A DNA stretch of 64,000 nt from the NCBI RefSeq assembly GCF_018350175.1, contig NC_058368.1, positions 195,488,001 through 195,552,000 on the forward strand, read 5' to 3'. A program made the translations under genes and the position numbers. The DNA comes from Felis catus. Lineage: Eukaryota. Positions 50,013 through 62,592 of the stretch are shown here, piece after piece. Positions within the stretch are counted from its first letter, which is position 1; each line of letters begins with the position of its first letter. Below the pieces are notes generated by a model. It saw only the letters and a list, made by a program, of their open reading frames with translations, made no database searches and was not told the origin of the DNA.

Positions 50013-53000
50013 TCCTTCCTTCCTTCCTTCCTTCCTTCCTTCCTTCTTTCCTTCCTTCCTTCTTCCTTCCTTCCTTCCTTCCTTCCTTCCTTCCTTCCTT
50101 CCTTCCTTCAAGAGTGCACACACATGTGAGTGGGGGGAGGGGCAGAGAGAGAGAGAGAGAGAGAGAGAGAATCTCAATCTCACAACTGTGAGCCGAAATC
50201 AGGAGTCAGACACTTTAACCAGCTGAGCCACCCAGGTGCCCCTGATTGGAGTTTCAAATATTGAACTAGCCTTGCCTTCCTGGCATAAGCCCTACTTGGT
50301 CATGCTGCTATTATTACCCTTTTTTATATGTTGCTGAATTTGATTTGCTAATATTTTACTGAAGATGTTTGTGTCTGTGTACATGAGGGCAATTGTTCTG
50401 TACCATCTGCCCAGTTGAACTTTTAAAGTATGACTTGCCTCATAGAATGAGTTGAGATATGTCCCATTTTCTTCCATTTATGGAAGAAATTATATAGAAT
50501 TGGTATTATATCATTTTTAAATGTTCAGTCGAATTTGTGAATGAAATCATCTGTTCTCACACATTTGTTATCCAGAAAGTATTTAAGTACAAATTAAAAT
50601 TCTTTAGCAGTAATAGGAATGCCCAGGTTATGCATTTTACCTTGGGTGAATTTTGGTAGTTTGTAGTTTTGTCGGCAATTGGTACATCTCATTTAAGTTG
50701 TCGAGTTTATATGCCTGGAATTGCTCGTAGTGGTCTCTTAAATATCTTCTGTGTCTTTGGTGGTATTCCCTCTTAATTTCTTGATATTGGTAGTTGTGTA
50801 TTCTCTTTTTTCTTTGTCAGTCTTGCTTAAGGTTTATCAATTTTATTAATCCTTTCCAGAAACCAGCTTTTGGGTTCATTGATTTCTTCCCCCTATTTTC
50901 AATTTCATTGATTTCTGTTTATTTCCTTCCTTCTCCTTTTTTTTTTTTTTTTTTTTTTTTTTGGCTTTATACTTAGCTCTTCTTTTTATGGTATCTTAAA
51001 CTAAAAGCTTAGATTATTGATTTGAGACCTTTCTCCTTTTCTCACATAAGGCTTTAGTGCTATATATCACCCCCCACCCCAAGCACTGAATTATCTGCAT
51101 CCCACAGATTGATGTTTTGTATTTTTATTTTTGTTCAAAATATCTTCTGGTTTTCCTTGAGACTTCCTCTTTGGCTCATCAAACACTCATAAGTGTTTAG
51201 AGATTTATAGTTCTCTTTCTGTGACTGATTTCCAGTTTGTTTTCATTATGGTCAGAGAACATGGTTTGTATTTTGCTCATCTGATAATTTGTTAAGGTTT
51301 GTTTTATGACTCGGGATATGGTCTATCTTGTGAATGTTTCCTGTGCACTTGAATAAATGTGTATTCTGCTACTGTCAGGTTGTAGTTTATAAATTAAATC
51401 AGTGTGTTGACAGTGTTCAGTTCTTCTATATTGTTACTGATTTTATGCTTCTTTTTTCTAATGAATACTGAAGAGCATAGAAGTCTCCAACTATAATTGT
51501 GTCTTTGTTGCTCATTTCAGTTCTGTTAGTTTTTGCTTTATATATTTCAAAGCTCCTTTGTTATGTATATAAACAGGATTACTATGCCTTCCTGGAGAAT
51601 TGACCTCTTTATCATTATGTAATGACCTTCCTCATCCCTGTAATATTCCTTATTCTTACGTCCACTTCATCTGAAATGAATACAGCCACCGCAACTTTCC
51701 TTTGATTAATATTGCTTTTTCTACCTTTTTACTTTTAATCTACCTATGACATATATTTACAGTGAGTTTCTTTTAAATAGCACATAGTTGGGGGTATTTT
51801 TTTTTAAGATCCATTCTGACAATCCCTATCTTTTATTTAGGATGCTTAGATTATTTAGTTTAGTGTTGTTATTGATATGGTTGGATTTCGGTTGTCATTT
51901 TTGTATTTGTTTTCTGGTTGTTCTGTTTTTATCCTCTACTTTCCTTTCCCTGCTTTATTTTGGAGTATTCGAATGTTTTTAGTATTCCACTTTAACTTGT
52001 CTATGGTCTTTTAATTATATCTCCTGTATAGTTCTTTTTTTTTTTAATTCTTTGCTCTTAGAATTACAAAATACTTAAGAGACAACTTAGAATTAATATT
52101 TTAAAATTTTTTAAATTTTTTTTATTTTTGAGAGACAGAGAGACAGAGCACAGGCAGGGGAAGGGCAGAGAGAAGGAGACAGAATCCAAAGCAGGCTCTA
52201 GGCTCTGAGCTGTCAGCACAGAGCCGGACGCAGGGCTTGAACCCACGAACCATGAGACCATGACTTGAGCAGAAGTCAAACGCTTAATCGACTGAGCCAC
52301 CCAGGTGCCCCCAGAATTAATATTTTGCCATGTCGAGTGGAATGCAGAAAGTTTACTATTGCGTAAGTCCCAATCCTCTCTCCTTTTTGTTGTGTTTGTC
52401 TTAGGTATTACCTCTGCATACACTGAATGCCTCATCAGATAATGTTACACTGTTTACATTGATTTACCACCAACAGTAGTTTAAAGAGCACAAGGAAGAA
52501 GAGGAAGAAGAATATTACCCAGGCGTTTACCAGTTTGGTTGCTCTTCCTATAGTCCTGAAGTTTCAAGTTTTCCTCTGGTATCATTTGCTTTCTGTCTGA
52601 AGCATTTCCTTAAGTGATTCTTTTAGAAGGTCTGCAGGTGAGGAATTATTTTAGTATTTTTTCATCTGAGAATGTCTTTATTTCACCTTCTTTCCTGAGG
52701 ATATTTTCACTGGCTATCAGATTCTTGATTCACCGTTCTTTTATTTCAGCCATTTTTATTTCTTATTTACGTTCTTACTTTTTCTCCTCTCCAAGGTTTC
52801 TGATAAGAAATCCACGGTCATTCTCCCTGTTGCTTTCTTTAAGTAATGCACTGTTTTTCTCTGCTTCTTTTCCAGATTTTGTCTTGGTTATTAGTTTTCA
52901 AAAATGATGTGCCTGGGTGTGGATTACTTTCAGTTTGCTTCCTTTGGGGCTCAGGGAGTGTCTTCGATCTGTAGGTTTACATTTTGCCACATGTGGGAAG

Positions 53001-53950
53001 CACTCAAACCATCCTTTCTTCAAACACAGTTTGTGTACTACGCTCTCTCTCTTCTCTTTCTGAGACTCTGATGCACGAATGTTAGACATTTCCGGATTGT
53101 ATTATGGGTCCCGAGGCTTTGTTCATTGTTTTCCAATCATTTTATCTCTCTATTGTTCAGACTAGATAATCTCTATTGATCTATATTCAAGTTCACTGGC
53201 TTTTACCTATGTCATCTCTGTTCTGCTACTGAGCCCACCCAGGAAATTTTTAAATTTCATTTATCACATTTTTTAGTTCTAAAATTTCCTTTTGGTTCTT
53301 TTTAATAGCTTCTATGTGTTTGCTCAGGCTTTCTATCTTTCCATGCTTTTCAAGAGTATTCACCCTTACTTCATGAAGCATTTTTTTATATTAAAAAAAA
53401 ATTTTTTTTAATGTTTATTTTTGAGAGTGAGAGAGAGACAGAGTGTGAGAGGGGGAGGGGCAGAGAGAGAGGGAGACACAGAATCCAAAGCAGGCTCCGG
53501 GCTCTGAGCTGTCAGCACAGAGCCCGACACGGGGCTTGAACTCACGGACCGTGAGATCATACCTGAGCTGAAGACGGACGACCAACCGACTGAGCCACCC
53601 AGGCGCCCAGATCATGAAGCATTTTTGTATCGGGTGCCTTAAAGTCTCTGTTAATAATTCCAACATCTGTAGCATCACAGTGTTGACATCTGCTGAATAT
53701 CTTTCCTCAGCCAAGTTAAGATTTTCCTGCTTTTGCTGTTTGGATTCATATGCTGAGTAATTTTGTATTATATTCTGAAATGATGTGAATACATATGATT
53801 CTGAGTCTTGTTTCAGACTATTGATTCCGTGGTACTTTGAATTCTGGTCTTCTTCCCCCCTCTGCCTGCTACCATTTACCTTTCACAGTCTGCAAATAAC
53901 TACTCTATTCAGTCTGTCTAGGTTTCATAGCTACATGCAGTGGGACAAAC
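49700..53950 (-). mobile_element. Large degenerate antisense L1 in CCDC69 intron 4, interrupted by Can-SINEs (about 50110-50242, 52106-52311, 53402-53608) and (TTTC)n(TTCC)n 49925-50108
   Basis: Minus peptides with L1 ORF2 RT-like motifs (NSFYEA, KILANQIQQHIKK, INVIHHIN) and an ORF1-like segment near 52900-53090; T-rich plus strand. Confidence 0.8.
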
Positions 53951-54006
53951 TATATGGAGTTTACATTTTCCATCTTACCTGGAATCAGAACCCGTCTTTT
54001 TTTTTT

Positions 54007-54010
<4 letters not shown>

Positions 54011-54048
<38 letters not shown>

Positions 54049-55351
54049 TTGAGACAGAGAGAGACAGAGCATGAATGGGGGAGGGACAGAGAGAGAGGGA
54101 GACACAGAATCGGAAGCAGGCTCCAGGGTCTGAGCCATCAGCCCAGAACCCGACGCGGGGCTCAAACCCATGAATGGTGAGATCATGACTTGAGCCAAAG
54201 TCGGATGCTTAACTGACTGATTCACCCAGGCACCCCTCTCCTTCGATTTTTAAACATAAATTTTCAGGGGAGCCTGGCTCAGTTGGTTAAGCATCTGGCT
54301 TCAGCTCAGGTCATGATTTCGCAGTTTGTGGGTTCAAACCTCACATCAGGCTCTGTGCTGACAGCTCAGAGCCTGGAGCCTGCTTCGGATTCTGTGTCTC
54401 CCTCTCTCTCTGCCCCTCCCCCACTCACACTCTGTCTCTCTCTCTCTCTCTGTCTCTCTCTCTCTCTCAAATATAAACATTTAAAAAATTTAATAAAAAT
54501 TTTTTTTAAAAAACAAATGACGTTGTAACTACCTACTGTTGGCAATTTGGTTTGTTGTTGTTGGTTTTTTTTTTAATTTTTTTTTTCAACGTTTATTTAT
54601 TTTTGGGACAGAGAGAGACAGAGCATGCATGGGGGAGGGGCAGAGAGAGAGGGAGACACAGAATCGGAAACAGGCTCCAGGCTCTGAGCCATCAGCCTAG
54701 AACCCGACGCGGGGCTCGAACTCACGGACCGCGAGATTGTGACCTGAGCCGAAGTCGGACGCTTAACCGACGGAGCCACCCAGGCGCCCCCAGAACACAT
54801 CTTAATAGGCAAATTAACAAATTAGGCCCGTGATTTGGAAAAAGTTAGCCTGTAGGTTTCAAACAGCTGATCTTTTCCATTTTGACAGCTCTGACACATT
54901 TATGTCACTGAACACTGTTTTTGTGTGTGTGTCACTGCCCACTGTGACGCAGACCCATGTATACCTGGGCCTTTGGTCGTATGAAGCTCTTTTTTCCCTG
55001 TCCTCTCTGTCCTATTTCCCATCCCGCCCACTGGTTGGTCACTTCTCAGTTGTCTTCTTTCAGCGGAGACAAGGGTAGAATTTTCCATAAGGAGCTCTAC
55101 AGAGGAGGAGGGATAATAAATACAACTATACTGGGGCACCTGGGTGGCTTAGTCTGACCAAGTCCAACTCTTGAGACCAGCTCAGGTCACAATCTCGTGA
55201 ACCATGAGGTCACGCTCTGCACCGGACCTCCTGCTGACCACACCGGGCCTGCTTGGGGTTCTCTCTCCTCTCTTTCTCTGCTCCTCACATGACTGCTCAC
55301 ACACGCATGCCACTAAATAAGTAAATAAATAAATAAATAAATAAATAAATA
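54011..55351. mobile_element. Alternating-orientation Can-SINE cluster (minus about 54011-54235, plus 54267-54510, minus 54566-54790, plus 55132-55351)
   Basis: Four SINE bodies read directly. Confidence 0.85.
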
Positions 55352-55979
55352 GAACTATATTGATTTGGGGGAATCAATCAAGGGAAAGCCCTTGAGTGTC
55401 CTTTTCTCATGCCATCCTTCGGCCATCCCTTAGTGACAACTCACTTCACAGTTGAGGCAATGGGAGTTTTAGGCATTCAAGGTGATCTTCGCAAGGTTTC
55501 TCAGTTGTGAAGAAGCAGACTCAGGGCAAGGTAGATTTCCCGGCCCCGGACGAAAGGTACTGACTGCAGTTTTGTGCGAGTGGTTTGATGAGTGATGATT
55601 TAACGGTTTCAAAGTTTGGGTAACCCAGCTTGCAAAACATTGGCTCTGTGCACGGTCCATGGCGTGGTGAACAAAATGGACAAGGTTGCTGCAGGATCTT
55701 TGGGGTCTTGGCCTCAGTGAGGCGTGGGTGGCGCCACAATCTGGTAGGGCTCACGGTTCCTCCGAGGATATAATTTGTTTCCATTTCTATGAGCTTTTGT
55801 TAAATATCTCTTATATTTCTGGCACAGCTGTAAGCCCAGTAAACAAAGATTGAATAAGACCATCCCCAGACCCCCGGCCCCTGGGGGGCCCTGCTAATCA
55901 CACGGGTTCTCCCGCCCTAATGGCGCCTGCCAGAAAGCTATAGGGTATCTGAGCTCACAGAGGTCTCCTTTCCCTGCAG

Positions 55980-56053
55980 TCCTCCAGGCCTCACATGAGC
56001 AGGAGAAGGAAGCCCTCACCCGCTCCTTCCAGGAGGCCAAGGCAACCCTGCAG
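55980..56053 (+). CDS. CCDC69: CCDC69 coding exon 5 (VLQASHEQEKEALTRSFQEAKATLQ)
   Basis: Acceptor ttccctgcag|, donor CAG|GTGAGA; 74 nt, phase 1 to 0. Confidence 0.94.
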
Positions 56054-57039
56054 GTGAGAAGAGCTGGGCCATGGCAGACTCTGCCAGGGGAGGGGAGGGC
56101 CTGCGGGAAAACAGCACGGCCTCCACTTAAGGTGTGAGGGACGGGGACGAGTGTCTTCCGTGTATCCAGCCCCTCCATGTGGCAACTGGGCTATCAGCTC
56201 AAGAGGACTCGCTCTGAGATTAGGGTTGGCCTGTTTTTCTAAGGACTGTTGGAGGATCTTAGAGACCTCACGGACCGGGCACCACAGTGTGACTGGGCTG
56301 GCAGGCGGAAGCACGAAGGAAGGTGTCTGAGCCAATTTGTCAGGTCAGGCACTTCCCAGAGGGATGAAATCTTAGCTGGAACCTGAAGGATGGGTTGGAA
56401 TTCTTCAAATGAAGAAGGGTAAGAAGGATGCCCTAGGCAGAAAACAAAACAAAACTGTGCTTAAAGACTTAGAGAGGAGAGGGAAATATGGAGTACGTGT
56501 AGAACTGAAAGAAGTCCAAGATGCCTGGGGTGAAGGGTATGAGTGGGAGGGAGCTGAGGTTGGACGGGAGGCCTGGGCCAAACTGTGGGGCCTGGGGGCC
56601 ATATCGAAGCCCTGCTCTATCCTGAAGGTAATGGGCAAGGTTGGGGTGCAGGATACTCCTGACAAGGGAGAGTAGGAGGCAGGAATGTACCCAGCAGCAG
56701 CAGGACTGGTGTGATGCCTGGCCGCAGGAGCAGCAAGAGGGAAGACTGGGAAAGTGCAGAGCCTGGTATGGTTGGGCTTTGAATGCCAAGCTAGCACCAG
56801 CCTTAAACACCGGGACATTGTCCCCAAGGGCATGGGAAGCCATTAAGGCTCTATGACGAGAGAGAGGGCTGGCGTGTTTCAGGCAATGGTTGAAGCAAAC
56901 CAAGCCTGCATTGTTGGGTAGGACAGAGTGAAGACAGGTGGAAGAATCCTAAACTGACCCCTTTCCGGAATGCACAGAAGTCCACCTTCAGCCTTTATGA
57001 ACCAGGCTTTGACCATCTCCCTCCTGCTCCCTTCTCCAG

Positions 57040-57141
57040 GAGACCATTGATGGACTGTCCTCACAGCTGGAGGTCTTCCAGGCCAAGATGAAGAGAGTAG
57101 AAGAGTCCATTCTGAGCCGAGACTATAAGAAGCACATCCAG
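57040..57141 (+). CDS. CCDC69: CCDC69 coding exon 6 (ETIDGLSSQLEVFQAKMKRVEESILSRDYKKHIQ)
   Basis: Acceptor cttctccag|, donor CAG|GTGGGT; 102 nt. Confidence 0.95.
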
Positions 57142-57611
57142 GTGGGTGGCAGAGAATACTTTTCCTTCTTGAATCTCCAGGGAGGTCAGGGTCTGGGCAG
57201 CAGGAAAGGCCAGGCCTTCCTCAAGGCCAGGGCTCAGACCTGAGCCTGGAAGAAACAGGGTCCTCGTGTCACTGCGGGGAAAGAAAGACTTAGAGCACAG
57301 GGGGGATGGTAAAATGCTCAGGTTCTGGATTCAGGAGGAACGAGGTGCAAAGAGCTGACCTACCACTTAGCGTGAGTGACTTACCCGATCGGCGCTGCGG
57401 TTCCTCAGCTGGGGTGGTAGTGGGGCCTGCCTCGAAGGGCGTCATTAGGCTAGAATGAGATCACGCGTAGTAAGCACTTACCGTGAGCCAAGAGAAGGAG
57501 GCGGCATGTGAGAGGCAAACAGTGATTTGGAGGCACAATGGGGAAGAGGCAGGTAGCCCCTGCCCCTCTCTCCCTGCTGGTCTGGTGAGATCACTTTGTG
57601 TCCCCATCTAG

Positions 57612-57731
57612 GATTACGGAAGCCCCAACCAGTTCTGGGAGCAGGAACTGGAGAGCTTACACTTTGTCATCGAGATGAAGAACGAGCGTATCCATGAGCT
57701 GGACAAGCGGCTGATCCTCATGGAAACAGTG
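57612..57731 (+). CDS. CCDC69: CCDC69 coding exon 7 (DYGSPNQFWEQELESLHFVIEMKNERIHELDKRLILMETV)
   Basis: Acceptor ccatctag|, donor GTG|GTGTGT; 120 nt; EQELESL..V.EMKNE motif shared with MTUS1/2 C-termini. Confidence 0.95.
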
Positions 57732-58651
57732 GTGTGTGACTGGAAGGGGGGGGCTGGGAAGATACACCTCGGGCTTCTGTTTTCCGGGCATTTCCTCTGT
57801 AAAGTGTGTGGAGGGAAGACAGTTTGAGGAGGCCCCAGCCTGGTCCACCCCAGCTTTGACCTGCCTTCCATGCTGTCCCTGGGGACGGCTGAGGCCTGTC
57901 TGTGGCCAGTACGGGTCAAGCAGTGGCTCCTTCTCATAGGGCCTCCGTGCTTTTCTTGACTATTCATGTTTCTCTAGCTTGGGTGACACCAGGGCAGGTA
58001 ACCTGGCTAATCAGGAGGGGCTGGCAGATGTCCCCTGTCAGGCAGGGGCCGGGGAAGAAGCCGAGGCTGAAAAATCGGACCGACGTAGGAGGCCACAGTG
58101 AGCGAGGACAGGCCTGGGGAGTGGTGGGCGTTGGGCACACAGATGGCTTTGTCTCCAGGAGAAGGGAGGCCTTGGGAACCCGGGGCTGAGTCCAAACAGA
58201 GATGATGTTGCTCTGGAAGGAGTCTCCCCACCCGCGTGTACCACACAGCCTACATTCTAATCAGGCCCGTCTCAGGGAGTCCCTGGGAATTCTGTTCAAC
58301 CACGCTTGTGGAATAGTATAACAGACACACGTAATTTTATTTATATAGATTATATCCTTCTGACTTTGGGAGAACCAAAAATATCCATTCTCTTATGAAC
58401 TGATGGAAATGTTACGTGGGAGTGGCTGTGTTCTTTTCCTGCATCTCATGTGGCAAAATCGAAAGTTGGCAACCCTGTGTCCCCTCCTTAGTTACATACT
58501 TTTTTTTAAGTAATCTCGTTGTCTCACGAAATGTAACATCTAGTCCAGAATGAGTCGGTGTTTTCAGTGACCACAGATAAGAGGGAGGTGACGAAACCCA
58601 CTGTGCCATGTGAGTCGGGTGGCTTTCCGAGCTCCTTCTGATGTGTTGCAG

Positions 58652-58749
58652 AAAGAAAAAAATCTGATGTTGGAGGAAAAAATCACCACTTTGCAGCAGG
58701 AGAATGAGGAGCTCCGTGTCCGGGGCCGCAACCAGATGGTTATGTCAAG
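58652..58749 (+). CDS. CCDC69: CCDC69 coding exon 8 (KEKNLMLEEKITTLQQENEELRVRGRNQMVMS)
   Basis: Acceptor tgttgcag|, donor AG|GTAGCT; 98 nt, phase 0 to 2. Confidence 0.94.
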
Positions 58750-59475
58750 GTAGCTGCCTCCCTGCCTCCTCTCCTCCCACCCCCACCCTTTTGGCCAAAA
58801 TCTCTACTTAGGAGGGTCTCTGAGAAGCCTGGGGAATGGATTGGCAGGTAGGCCCAGGCCTTTCTGGGGAATCAAGAATCCCAAGGGACCCAGCTCTGCC
58901 TAGAAACCTGTCTCAGTGCCCTGACTGCTATCTATCCCCATCCTGGCTGAGCAGGCTCCACGGCAAAGCCCAATACAGGAAGAGAGGACAGGAAATTTCT
59001 AGCTGAGGTGACGTAATGAATGAATGAATGTACATGAATGAATGAACTCGTTCGAAAGGCTTAGTAAATGAGAGCCTGCCTCATGGGTCAGACATAATTC
59101 GTTGAATACTTTACATATGGTCTCACCTAATCGTCATAATTACTCGAAGAGCTGGGTCCTCCTATGATCAGTCCCATTGTACCCATGAGGACGCTGAAAT
59201 TTGTCAAGAGTCAATAACTTGTCCAAGGTTACACAGCTAACTAGTGGGGCGGATCTGAACCCGGAGCTGTCTGCCTGGGAGGGCCGGGCTCCACTGTCAG
59301 CCAATCGAATGAATGGCCTCCTGCACACAGGCAGAGGACAGGACGACAGGGCGGTGGGGGCCCTGGAGCGGGCTGGCGGCCCATCCGAGGAAGGCCTCCC
59401 AGAGGAATGGGTTGGTCTGTGCGGCCGCTGTCGGGCTGCTTCCCCCTGGCGACGTCGGCCCATCTCCATCCACAG

Positions 59476-59653
59476 GCAGCTCTCGGAGGACCTGCTTCTC
59501 GCCCGCGAGGCCCTGGAGAAGGAGTGCCAGTTGCGGCGACAGCTCCAGCAGGAGAAGGAGGAGCTGCTGTACCGGGTCCTCGGGGCCGACGCCTCCCCCG
59601 CCTTCCCTCTGGCCTCAGTCACCCCCACCGAGGTCTCCTTCCTCGCCAGCTAG
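59476..59653 (+). CDS. CCDC69: CCDC69 terminal coding exon 9 (RQLSEDLLLAREALEKECQLRRQLQQEKEELLYRVLGADASPAFPLASVTPTEVSFLAS*)
   Basis: Acceptor catccacag|, TAG at 59651-59653; the nine exons sum to 885 nt with no frameshift. Confidence 0.95.
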
Positions 59654-61008
59654 GACGCAGGGCCAGGACGCCTGTGGTCACAGCGCCCTCTTGAGGATTT
59701 ACCAGAGAAGACAGCGGGGCGCTCTCGTTCTATGCCCAGGAGGGGCGGAGGGCAGGAGCGAGATGGGCAGCCAGGGTGCGAGCCCAGGGAGCCCTGAGGG
59801 CTTGGGCCGTGCAGGATCACCCACTGGGCTTTGAGGCCCCAGAAGCACCTTCCCCTGAGTTGGCCCAGGAAACAAGCAAAGAGGAGTCCTTCCATCCCTC
59901 CCAGTTCTCTCCGTCCAAATCAGGGAAGTCCCGAGCTTTTCCCAGGGGCAGCCAGTGCCACTGAGGCCATCTGACGAAGAAGTGACAACCCACTGGTCCT
60001 GACTTGTCAGCTCCCCCCTTCCCCGAGATGTTCCCATCTCTGGTCGGGCCCTCCCTCAGCCTCAGGTTACCTCTCCTCTAAAACAGCCAGGGGACCCCAG
60101 CGAATGATACTTGAGTCACTACAGTGCCCCATTCTAGGATGGTGCGAGGCTCAGACCAGGGGCTGGGGGACCAGGAAGGAAGTGGCCCACACCCTGGGAA
60201 TCAACAGGGAAAGGCGGGCCGCTGGTAAGGGGGTCACTGGAGGCCCTTGGGGCTGGGGCTGGGTATGGTGTGGGGCAGGAGACTGCTCCCGGTCCCAGAG
60301 TCTTGCTCAGCCCAGGGGTTAAGCCAGAGCAACTCCTCAGCCCTCCTGGTCCCTCAGTCTCAGTGACACCCGGGTACACGCAGAGCTGGGACCTCATCCC
60401 TATACCGACAAGGAAACCAAAGTGGGGAGTGGGGCCCCCAAAACAAGGACTAGGACCTCCTGTCATCCAGCTCTTCGCGTGTTGTGCTTGTTTTTCTCCC
60501 CAGGCTCTGGAAGGATCAGATGTGTGACTTAGTCTTTCTCCTCTGACCTCTACCTGCCCCACTCACTTCCGGTCCCTCTCTTACTCCTCCCTATCTTGAC
60601 TCCTTCTACACCCCTAATGCCAGGCGCCAGGACCCCGGAATGTGGCCCTCAGCTTCCCCATCCGTGCAGAGGGGCAGCTAGAGTAACCAACCTCAGCATG
60701 CCTGTCCAGCCCAGACCGTCCGTGGGTTTACTGTTCTTCTCAGGAAGCTTCAGGTCATCTGGATGCCATCATGATAACCCCTCCCCTGCACAGAGCATTT
60801 TAACTCAGTGCTCTCCGCTACACTTCCCTCCTGGTTCTTGAAACCGGTTCTTATCCCTCTTCAGCAGCAGAGCAAACAGATCGCAGGAGCCAGAGGGCCT
60901 TGCCTGAGATCCCTCAGCAATAGCCCCAGGCCCCAGGCCAGCAAGGAAGAAAAGACAATCCAGTAGAATGGAGGTTTCCTCCATCATCCCAGATCCCAGA
61001 CTGCCTTC

Positions 61009-61014
61009 TTTATT
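61009..61014 (-). terminator. Candidate AATAAA polyadenylation signal of the PDGFRL-like gene
   Basis: TTTATT on + about 1 kb downstream of the minus-strand stop; weaker ATTAAA candidates at 61479-61484 and 61348-61353. Confidence 0.45.
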
Positions 61015-61996
61015 CCCCTGGATATGGTCTGGTCTTTAGCCATGTGTAGTTCTGGGAGTTCAGATGCGATGTTTCTCCATTTCTCCCCTAGTAGGGCTAG
61101 AGGAGTGCTGAGCTGTTTCTCCAGCCATAGGAAAACAAGTTATCTATCTGGGAGCCTTGGGAACAGCTCTGGAGAGAAGTGCACACATAGTTCTTCATGC
61201 AACTTTTCCCAAAGCTTGTCTGGGATACACTCATTCATTGCACATTAATAGGCATGACCAAGAAAAGAATCGATGGCCAAGTAATTTGAGAAACTCTAGG
61301 TTCAGTCCAGTTAAACAGATCTGCAAAGTGCAGGACTTCTCAGAACCTTTAATATGGTAATGTGCACTACAAATTTCCAAGAAGGAAGCAGTGTCCAGCA
61401 TTTTCTAAACTCCTGCGACCAATTTTCTACCCCAGCCTAAGCACTTCAGGCTGCAGAATGCACTTTAGAGAGCATGGTTTTAATTGAGAGGGGCCGGGCT
61501 GGAGAAGGGGCAAGTCATGGGGAGCAGGGTTTCCCTCAAGTAACCTATGGTGGATGCAAGGAGATAAACTGCGGTCATGGTCTCACACTGGGGCAGACAA
61601 GCCGTGGAAACAATGGTATTGTGTTTATCTGGCCCCTGTGTTCTCCTGGAACAGGGAGGAGGTGGCTCCTCTTTGAGGACCTTTGCCAGTGGCAGGGATC
61701 ATTGAGGAGTATGGTCTGGGCTTGGGTGACTCATCAGTGACTCTGTACTCCCTCCTGGACTTCTGGTACCCCACTGGCCCTAGCTTTGCCCACCCTTGGA
61801 GTGGGGCCCGATGTTGGAGTGATAGCTGGCCATTAGAAGAGGTCATGGGTGGGCAGAGTCTCAGGGGTCAGTGCAAAGGCTCTTTCTGCTCTGCAGGGGA
61901 CAACAGCTTGGCATAACAACACCAAGGTTCACACAGTTACCTACCCCTGTTTCTGCCCGCTGCTCCACACCAGGATGCCTGCAGCCAGGGACAGAG

Positions 61997-62212
61997 CTAG
62001 GAAGGGGCAGGGGACCCATGAGAGCTTCTGGTTACACGGACGCGGGTGGTGGCAGTCCCCGTGCCCTGAAGGTTGGTAGCCCTGCAGGTGTAGATGCCAG
62101 AGTCCCCAGCCCGGGCCTCTTCCACATGCAGGGTACTCCCTGCCTCCTGCTGTACCTGGCCCTCTTGGCGAACGACACTGGCCCACTCGCTGACGTAGGG
62201 GGGTCGGCCCAG
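61997..62212 (-). CDS. PDGFRL-like terminal coding exon: LGRPPYVSEWASVVRQEGQVQQEAGSTLHVEEARAGDSGIYTCRATNLQGTGTATTRVRVTRSSHGSPAPS*
   Basis: Acceptor tgttttgtccctgcag| at 62213/62212, phase 0 matching the upstream exon; Ig F-strand motif DSGIYTC and NLQG (cf. recalled PDGFRL DAGYYICTAQNLQG); TAG at 61997-61999. Confidence 0.88.
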   Translation of the reverse strand: MGRPPYVSEWASVVRQEGQVQQEAGSTLHVEEARAGDSGIYTCRATNLQGTGTATTRVRVTRSSHGSPAPS

Positions 62213-62580
62213 CTGCAGGGACAAAACATAACTGTCCATCAGCTACCCCAGGTGTCATCTCTGACTTAGGCACCAGCAGGCAAGTAAGAGGTACTGTGTC
62301 CCTTCAGGGAAAGGGAGAGTGACTCGCCCAAGGTCACACACATATATCAGAGCACCTGAAAGGCCAGGTTCTTTGTGGGAAATGTGGGCTTCTCAAGTCC
62401 CTGGGGAGAAGCTGGGGTCTCCTACTCAAGGAGACACAGGAAGTGACTTGGCTGGGAGCAGCACCCCGCGGTGTGGGTTTTGCGGCACTCTGGTTTTGTG
62501 GGGTTGTTAATGGGTGCTGCCTCCCCACAGAAGGGGAGGTGGGGTTCTATTATGAAAATTGTTTGAGAAACACTGAGTCA

Positions 62581-62592
62581 AGTAAAATTAAA
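62581..62592 (+). terminator. Candidate polyadenylation signal of CCDC69 (AGTAAA and ATTAAA)
   Basis: First ATTAAA I found after the CCDC69 stop (no AATAAA seen on + between 59653 and 64000), followed by GT/T-rich sequence. Confidence 0.4.

Noticed and set aside
49874..50191. Low-complexity ORFs (FLPS/KEGR repeats)
   Set aside because: Translation of the (TTTC)n(TTCC)n microsatellite.
810..54812. Many ORFs starting MAQSVKRLTSAQVMIS... or containing GAPGWRSRLSVRLQPGHDL
   Set aside because: They are translations of Can-SINE consensus sequence, not genes.
62213..62239. ATG at 62239 as start of a standalone 80-aa Ig ORF (MDSYVLSLQ...)
   Set aside because: These codons are the polypyrimidine tract and AG of the acceptor; the Ig domain needs its first Cys and Trp from the exon at 63743-63882.
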